Origin: Azolla caroliniana | Taxonomy: Eukaryota > Plantae > Polypodiophyta | Length of the DNA: 10,211 bases | Assembly: GCA_043228905.1 (NCBI GenBank) | Contig: JBHGNT010001290.1 | Coordinates: 1 to 10,211 of the forward strand | Reading direction: 5' to 3' | Part shown: piece after piece, positions 7,001 through 10,211 of the stretch | Layout of the letters: every line of letters begins with the position of its first letter | How positions within the stretch are numbered: position 1 is the stretch's first letter | Notes under the pieces: model-generated | The model's input: only the letters and a program-made list of their open reading frames with translations | What the model was told of the DNA's origin: nothing | Databases searched by the model: none | Program-made: the position numbers and the translations under genes

Positions 7001-10000
7001 TCACCTTGGTATCTCACCTCCCAACTCCCACCAAATGCACAACGTTCTAAGCGAGTAAGTGCGGAAGCAAGAGTTGGATTTCGTGAACTTGCTGCTGCTA
7101 CCATCTTGTCAACATCAAGCATCATCAATGCTGTACCAGGTGGTGTAACTGATTCCCAAGCATATTCAGAAGCAGCATAATTTGCATTCTCTCCCAAAAA
7201 CCACACCTTTGAACATTAAATGACAGGTATTGACACATCATCTTCAGTTGGCTTAAATCGCCAAAATAGAATACATAATATTATATTTTAAAGAGTTTAT
7301 CCACATCACAATCTTCCAAAAAGACAAAATCTAAGAACAATTACCGCCGCTTGGACAAGCTTCTGCAAGGCAAGTGCTGACTTGGGATCTGATGCAGATA
7401 CTCGATTGCTTGAGTGATAAACTGGCATGGATGAAGGCTGTGGGGGTGGCAAGTCGAGAACAATAGTGACTGCCTCTAAAGCTGTATGCTTTCCACTCGG
7501 TCCACAGCCTAGCAAACATGTCTTCAGATTCCAGAAATTGAACACATAAGAAACTGTATAAAAGTTAAGAAATATAAAGTTCGACTAGCTTATTTAACAA
7601 TACAAAGATGTGATAAAAGCCCATCATAAAAGTGACTGGCTCATTCTGGAGATCATCATGTTTTTAAACAAGAATCATCTAAGAAAGCTTGATCCAGAAT
7701 GAAAGATGTTTAATATCTGTAGAATCACCAAATCTTCTAATAACAAAACAGAATATGAAGGATTTTAATACAACTCGCGTCAATATAAGCTGTGGTGGTC
7801 AGTGTGTGGTTGAAAGAATCCAGCGAGTGTTCAGATTTTGAACAAAATGAAACAATAGTTTGAGTATGTATTTTACATGAATATCGAATAGCCCATGGTA
7901 TGTCACAATAGACTACAAGCCACACTAAATCAGAATCATATACTGTATTCAAATGTGACATCAACATGTCATGAACTTATAATACAGAAATCCAACTGCC
8001 AACATGATATCTCCATTATATCAGTTTTAAGTAAAAAGTTGAGTTGCTCAACATTGGAGATAAAAGATGATGAAGAATATGGTCCAAAAGTTTGCAATGT
8101 TCAAAATGAGTATCACAATTGCACAATAGGAAACTACGAGAAATTTGACATTTTCATATGCATAAAATGATATTCACCACTACCAAGCAAAGGTACATAC
8201 TGTTACAGTACACATTAATTATGCACTAGGAGTCAAATTTATAATAGAGAAGCCCAAAAGTGAGCCTATCTCAGTGATGCAGTGGCAGCAAAGCAAGCCA
8301 GTGATTGTATAAATAAAGTAGGCCACTATCCAAAGGAGGTCATTCTTCCCACTCCACATTCCTATCAGTACGACATACGGTTCCGCATTTTCACATAGAG
8401 CATGTATCTCACAATTTCTACCCCAATTTCCATTGACATGTTCCAAGTGGAAAAGTTTCTCATCACATCCTTAAACGTCATATGTTCAAATCCTACATGG
8501 GCCAAAAATAGTCATGTTTGCAAATTTTTTAGAAGTACTGATTTTTGTAGCTAAGGATGGCTCATCACTAGCACCCAAAGATGGCTCGCCCCTAATTCCT
8601 AAGGATGGCTTGCCCCAAGCTCCTAAGGGCAGCTCATCGATTGCACCTAAGAAACCTGCTAGAATAAATATGATAAAAGATTGATACAATCTCATGGCAG
8701 ATTAACTATAAAAGAGAGGGTGGGATCAAAATAAGTTTCTTCTTTGTCTTGATGAAAAGACGTGACTAAGCTTCTTCTTCCTCTTCTTCTTAGTCATTCA
8801 ACAAAAGAACTTCATTAGGGGTCCTTCTGATTGTGTATTGAAAAACTTGATTAAGATCAGGGGTCTTCTTTTTGGTTGTCTAACAAAAATACGTAATCAT
8901 GATTAAGGTCTCTTTCTTGATTAGGATTGAGAGGTCTTCTTGACCAGTTGACTGAAAGGTCGTTACCGGTCTTGTTATTTTGGATCATTTGTGATTTCTT
9001 GAGTATCTCTAGTACGCGAGGTTTATAAGCACACTTCTTACACACATCGGAGGATGGATTCATCATTAGGCCACTTTATATGGACATACATCTATCCTAT
9101 GCGCTGCACCATGTGATAGGGCATTGGGTAGCTGCGAACTTCATCACATCAGATAGAGATTGAGGTAGGCAGATATACATGAATACCTCTAGAAGAAAGA
9201 ATTTGCCAATTGTGTTATCAAAGAGTGGAATCCGAAGAACACTTTGTTTGTCACTGTAGTGTCTTTTAGGGAGATACCATTGCCTCTTTACCCAGGAACT
9301 ACCAAGAAAATGACACATAACTGCAATCCAAATGTAGATATTCTAGGCAAGTGCATTGTTTCAACTTATACATAGTACTTGATGTACCTTTTTTTGTTGT
9401 CTAGGTCGAAGTAAAACATTATTGTTTAACATGCTCAAATCTAACTAAAGATGCATTATCCTTGGGTTGCAGTGTCTAAAAGTCTTATCTACACTTAACT
9501 TTTTACTATGTGATGGACATATCTAGCCTTTACTATGTAGTTCAATATGCATGGCCAATCTTCAGTACTTGGTCCAACATCATGTCTACTGTTCCGTTTG
9601 TATAATCTTCAGTTAGCCTCAATGCTAAAATCAGTTGTGATAGAAAAATGTAACAATAAATTATTTACAGGAATTATGGTAATATGTGTGTGTGTGTGTG
9701 TGTGTTATACACAAGGTTAACAGATATACACATGTGTGTCTTATGCAGAATGTGAATCAATACATTGAAAGAAAGGACTTTACTTACCTTCCAAAGCAAT
9801 TGCAGTACATCTGAGTCAATCTTCCCAGGAACTTGAGTTGCAAAAAGGGTCGCTATTTCTAGAAGAATTACAGCCATGTCTGGTGTTGCCTTTGTACAAA
9901 AAACTGGTAGTTAGAGAAGACTGAAAACCTCCTACTCATTAACCATAAATGCTATAAAATCATGGCATGGGGAATTTCACCTTGAATCTTGCATGAAGAG

Positions 10001-10211
10001 TCAGCAATATCTCATTGAGTAAGGAGGCAGGCCATGAAGGGTCAGATAGTTCTCCGGCAATAATAGACTTTAACTCATCAAAGGATTCATATGGACTTTG
10101 CAACCATATCAGTGCTTTTATGACTGCACCACGAACAAAGACACACTCACAAGCTACAGTTGTTCTCACAGCCTCCTTTAATGATGATAGCATGCTGCTG
10201 ATAGTTTCCTT
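3933..10211 (-). CDS. TASH3: TPLATE-complex SH3-domain subunit TASH3, 5'-truncated by the window edge. Spliced CDS: join(9981-10211, 9788-9889, 7345-7521, 7018-7206, 6708-6946, 6478-6624, 5696-5900, 5429-5557, 5211-5348, 4932-5018, 4217-4384, 4093-4152, 3933-4004), about 647 aa plus stop
   Basis: All 12 introns are GT-AG with compatible phases and give one open frame. Peptides VRTTVACECV, LLTLHARFKATPDMAVILLEIA, KHTALEAVTIVLDLPPPQP, WFLGENANYAASEYAWES, SNGEDQGASGTGL and the C-terminal SH3 (ALYDFTAGGDEELNLTAGEDLEIEYEVDGWFHVRKKRPGRDGKISGLVPVLY) match my recollection of Arabidopsis TASH3; no database search was run. Confidence 0.93.
4093..4152 (-). CDS. TASH3: TASH3 exon, SH3 domain (LNLTAGEDLEIEYEVDGWFH)
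   Basis: Acceptor GTTCAG|CTC, donor CAT|GTAAGG; 60 nt. Confidence 0.93.
4217..4384 (-). CDS. TASH3: TASH3 exon (AASRVGAQKFG...FGKALYDFTAGGDEE), start of the SH3 domain
   Basis: Acceptor TTACAG|GCT, donor GAG|GTATGT; 168 nt; SH3 signature ALYDF. Confidence 0.9.
4932..5018 (-). CDS. TASH3: TASH3 exon, low-complexity linker (EKQLSSQPSKIGSSSVDSSSLQDQPPDYM)
   Basis: Acceptor ATACAG|GAG, donor ATG|GTAATC; 87 nt, phase 0 at both ends; poorly conserved, so less certain. Confidence 0.78.
5211..5348 (-). CDS. TASH3: TASH3 exon (DVDGQSSGSSSPESVAS...SSHFGGLGYPSLFGG...YSPW)
   Basis: Acceptor ATGCAG|GAT, donor TGG|GTATGA; 138 nt. Confidence 0.88.
5429..5557 (-). CDS. TASH3: TASH3 exon (VNEFLIGAGTDAPEVED...SYDDMWAKQLLETSENE)
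   Basis: Acceptor TTGCAG|GTC, donor GAG|GTATGA; 129 nt; not in the ORF track, translated by hand. Confidence 0.92.
5696..5900 (-). CDS. TASH3: TASH3 exon (SAGLINIYRNRH...DPAVATGISDL...NAPTIDL)
   Basis: Acceptor GTACAG|T, donor TTG|GTATGT; 205 nt. Confidence 0.9.
6478..6624 (-). CDS. TASH3: TASH3 exon (EMRNHDNKKQEWTDDEL...YLPLGPT)
   Basis: Acceptor ATGCAG|G, donor AG|GTATAT; 147 nt, phase 2 to phase 2. Confidence 0.92.
6708..6946 (-). CDS. TASH3: TASH3 exon (VRIVAAQALMTIAIRSGEPYRLQVYE...QDELI)
   Basis: Acceptor TTCAG|GTG, donor AG|GTGGGA; 239 nt, ends in phase 2. Confidence 0.92.
7018..7206 (-). CDS. TASH3: TASH3 exon (VWFLGENANYAASEYAWES...AFGGSWE)
   Basis: Acceptor TTCAAAG|GTG, donor GAG|GTGAGA; 189 nt. 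Confidence 0.93.
7345..7521 (-). CDS. TASH3: TASH3 exon (TCLLGCGPSGKHTALEAVTIVLDLPPPQP...QKLVQAA)
   Basis: Acceptor CTGAAG|ACA, donor GCG|GTAATT; 177 nt. Confidence 0.92.
8483..9031 (+). mobile_element. LTR-like segment (possible solo or truncated LTR) in the TASH3 intron
   Basis: TG...CA ends, tandem array, CTATAAAAG at 8706-8714, CTT-rich tract and repeated GGTCTTCT-like motifs; no TSD found, so boundaries are uncertain. Confidence 0.3.
8550..8651. repeat. 24-bp minisatellite, 4 full copies plus a partial
   Basis: Units start at 8550, 8574, 8598, 8622 and 8646; shared core CCTAAGGATGGCTC. Confidence 0.88.
9032..9289 (+). mobile_element. Degenerate non-LTR retrotransposon (LINE) ORF2 C-terminal fragment, antisense to TASH3
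   Basis: Across two frameshifts it reads HFLHTSEDGFIIRPLYMDIHLSYALHHVIG / IG*LRTSSHQIEIEVGRYT*IPLEERICQLCYQRVESEEHFVCHCSVF* / GRYHCLF, which is the HxLxIExGR...RxCxxC...ExExH...C zinc-knuckle tail of LINE ORF2. Confidence 0.8.
9685..9704. repeat. (TG)10 microsatellite, intronic
   Basis: Read directly. Confidence 0.95.
9788..9889 (-). CDS. TASH3: TASH3 exon (ATPDMAVILLEIA...VLQLLWK)
   Basis: Acceptor ACAAAG|GCA, donor AAG|GTAAGT; 102 nt. Confidence 0.93.
9981..10211 (-). CDS. TASH3: TASH3 exon, runs off the window (KETISSMLSSLKEAVRTTVACEC...LHARFK)
   Basis: Open frame; donor AAG|GTGAAA at 9980; phase 0. Confidence 0.92.

Noticed and set aside
6926-7180. Plus-strand 84-aa ORF, and the alternative-frame ORF 7331-7519
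   Set aside because: Antisense or off-frame shadows of TASH3 exons
7737-8446. Intronic ORFs 7737-7967, 7895-8170 and 8219-8446
   Set aside because: Short, no recognisable motifs, not needed for TASH3 frame continuity
8550-8651. 24-bp array (and the 40-bp pair at 3572-3650) as CRISPR-like
   Set aside because: Head-to-tail repeats without unique spacers, eukaryotic spliced-gene context and no cas genes
8460-9150. 10-bp direct repeat TCATCACATC (8460 and 9141) as a possible TSD
   Set aside because: The second copy lies inside the LINE coding fragment and no TIRs adjoin the repeats

Overview
AT-rich, intron-containing land-plant genomic DNA; the microsatellite-rich context and the type of LINE relic suggest a non-angiosperm such as a fern, but that is only an inference. 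Most of the window (3933-10211, minus strand) is the 3' part of a TASH3 gene, the SH3-domain subunit of the TPLATE endocytic adaptor complex. I assembled 13 exons and 12 GT-AG introns by hand into an uninterrupted frame of about 647 aa ending in the SH3 domain. Its 2.27-kb intron holds a degenerate antisense LINE 3' fragment, an LTR-like segment and a 24-bp tandem array. Downstream on the same strand is a probable promoter, 5'UTR and first exon of a second, unidentified gene (site II motifs, (CT)n tract, Ser/Arg-rich targeting-peptide-like ORF, GT donor, telo-box), followed by what looks like a TE-littered first intron. I see no evidence of a novel multi-gene system; the findings are splice-site, repeat and transposon-relic observations of modest interest.
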